Source of the DNA: Acidobacteriota bacterium
GTDB lineage: Bacteria; Acidobacteriota; UBA4820; DSQY01
DNA length: 63,972 bases
Direction: 5' to 3'
NCBI GenBank assembly: GCA_037443845.1
Contig: JBBINO010000002.1
Span: 26,468 to 90,439, forward strand
The position numbers and the translations under genes are program-made. Under the pieces are notes generated by a model. The model did no database searches. It saw only the letters and a program-made list of their open reading frames with translations, and had not been told where the DNA came from. Shown here one piece after another: positions 62,786 through 63,972 of the stretch (position 1 is the stretch's first letter; every line of letters starts with the position of its first letter).

Positions 62786-62850
62786 TGAGATGGTTTGGGT
62801 TATGAGTCTTGAGTTGTGAGTTGAGCAAGACAGGCGCGGCGCGAGAGGGA
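62786..62850 (+). repeat. second copy of the C-depleted word-repeat + GC-box element
   Basis: GATGGTTTGGGTTATGAGTCTTGAGTTGTGAGTTGA is followed by GCAAGACAGGCGCGGCGCGAGAGG. The GC box matches 14665-14688 at 21 of 24 positions. GTTATGAGT is shared with 14908-14916. Confidence 0.55.
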
Positions 62851-62941
62851 CGACGTTTTCTCCGCTTCGCTTCGAAAGCCAATCCGTCCCCGCCGCTGCA
62901 CAGATTCTCGATACGAGCCTCTATTATTTTGGGGGTGAGTA

Positions 62942-63850
62942 CTATTGCGGCCCTCCGGCGGGCTTTTTCCTTACCGAAGGTCCCTGCTCAAGGGCGCGCA
63001 CCGCTTCTTTAAGGTACTCCTCCGCGAGTTTTTTCTCGGCCTCGGGATCCTCAGCTTCGCCAAGGGCTTCGGCGGCCTTGGCGGTCTCGCCCTCTTCCAG
63101 CGCTACAAGTACGACGAGAAGGCAGCGCTTCTTCACGGCGGCGACGGAGCGGGCAACCGAAGCGTAGGCCCGCGCAACATCAGGAATCTCCAGCCCGCCG
63201 ACGCCACAGCCGAGAAAGGGAACGGCAACGGAGGAAACGCCGCGCTCGATGGCCGTTTCGAGTACCTTCTGGAAGGCGGCCTCCACGCTGCCTAATTCGG
63301 TGCGGGTCATGTGGTGCTGGTCAATGACAACCGCGTGGTAGATTTCCTTTGCCCTCAGGCGCCCGGCGCCGGTTAGGACTATTTCTCCCTGAGGGGCCGG
63401 GGCGTGCATGCGCGCCTCCTTTTCCAACTCGATTCCGCCGCGCCCGCGCAGGGCGCCGGCCACGCCACCACCCATCCAAAGTCCTTCGTTTGCGGCGTTG
63501 ACGATGACTTCGGTAGCGCAATCGGCGATGTTGCCCTGCGCCAGCGCGATGATGATGTCGCCGGCGCAAAGAAGGGCTTGCGCGGCGGGCGGGCCTTCGC
63601 CGCCTCCTCGCAGCGGAAAGCCAGCCGCCGCAAGCTTCTGGCGAATCTTCGGCAAGTCGCTTTTTCCGGGCTTGCCGAGGATGAACGCGGCATAGAGCCC
63701 GCTCATGAGGTGATAGATGGCGTCTTCCCTGCCCTTGAGAATGGCCACCTGCGAGCTGGGAAAACAGGGCAATTCCTCCCCTCTCGCTAAGGTGACGCCC
63801 AGCCCGGCCAGGTCGCGGGCGAGCCTGATCGTCGTGAGCTCGAACATCAC
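62942..63850 (-). CDS. macro-domain (ADP-ribose binding/hydrolase) protein with ~95-aa N-terminal extension and acidic helical tail
   Basis: GDIIIALAQGNIADCATEVIVNAANEGLWMGGGVAGAL...IYHAVV...SSVAVPFLGCGVGGL carries the macro-domain N-x6-GGG-V and G-x-G motifs. Confidence 0.85.
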   Translation of the reverse strand: MMFELTTIRLARDLAGLGVTLARGEELPCFPSSQVAILKGREDAIYHLMSGLYAAFILGKPGKSDLPKIRQKLAAAGFPLRGGGEGPPAAQALLCAGDIIIALAQGNIADCATEVIVNAANEGLWMGGGVAGALRGRGGIELEKEARMHAPAPQGEIVLTGAGRLRAKEIYHAVVIDQHHMTRTELGSVEAAFQKVLETAIERGVSSVAVPFLGCGVGGLEIPDVARAYASVARSVAAVKKRCLLVVLVALEEGETAKAAEALGEAEDPEAEKKLAEEYLKEAVRALEQGPSVRKKPAGGPQ

Positions 63851-63865
63851 TAATCCTCCCGTTTT

Positions 63866-63893
63866 ATTCTACCATGCCCGCGCCTTTCGCAAG
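63866..63893 (-). promoter_or_regulatory. candidate promoter for the macro-domain gene
   Basis: On the minus strand I read TTGCGA (63893-63888), a 16-nt spacer, then TGG-TAGAAT (the -10 at 63871-63866, with an extended TGn). GGGAGGA then follows before the ATG. It is a pattern match only. Confidence 0.35.
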
Positions 63894-63972
63894 AAAATAG
63901 GCTCGCCGCGACGGCGGCAGGCGGACGGCGGAGGGCAGGCGTGGCAAAACGCCCTGGCATACAACAAAGAGG

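Overview
This is a 63,972-bp chromosomal segment from a high-GC bacterium. Hand-counted backbone lines give about 62% G+C. PilQ secretin, LptE, a CsgG-like protein and SPOR proteins indicate a diderm. The lineage cannot be assigned from the sequence alone. I call about 55 protein genes and one tRNA-Val(CAC). I found no rRNA, CRISPR array, transposase or integrase. The backbone is housekeeping and envelope biology. It contains YitT, UspA, thiG, efp, and an extended type IV pilus operon (pilMNOPQ + lipoprotein + TPR + Roadblock/LC7). It continues with dnaB-alr, a VWA/FHA protein, a split NAD synthetase and gdhA. Next is a CHASE2 nucleotide cyclase embedded among LPP20/FlgT/CsgG-like envelope proteins. 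Then come pgsA, DUF192, cobO, a signal peptidase I-like gene, lptE-leuS, an acyl-CoA dehydrogenase, two DUF3857/transglutaminase paralogues, pcm, a POT transporter and a GT2. The remaining backbone genes are NfeD-stomatin-GGDEF-DUF4388-SPOR, two large TPR exoproteins, a NatAB-like ABC exporter, a tri-haem cytochrome c peroxidase, ChaN-like and Coa1-like proteins, hflX, a HAL-family lyase, a Memo-like protein and a macro-domain protein. The main hunt result is an insertion of about 4.4 kb (50351-54770) bounded by perfect 88-bp direct repeats that duplicate the 3' end of the ABC-2 permease gene. The insertion carries four things. First, a promoter driving a tRNA-Leu 5'-half-like fragment, plus a C12 tract and nested palindromes. 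Second, a low-GC (47-50% on counted lines), translationally coupled three-gene cassette: a secreted protein, a lipoprotein HExxH/gluzincin peptidase, and a divergent signal-peptidase-II-like membrane protein. Third, a strictly 21-bp-phased array of a TGTAGGA core, with about 9 copies in one orientation abutting about 4 in the other. Fourth, a helical ORF that reads into the right repeat. Secondary observations are a family of C-depleted word-repeat elements sharing a 24-nt GC box at two convergent intergenic regions, a natural Ala-Cys-Gly variant of the MIO triad in the HAL-family lyase, and several unusual gene neighbourhoods. All functional calls come from motif recognition by eye. No database search was run.
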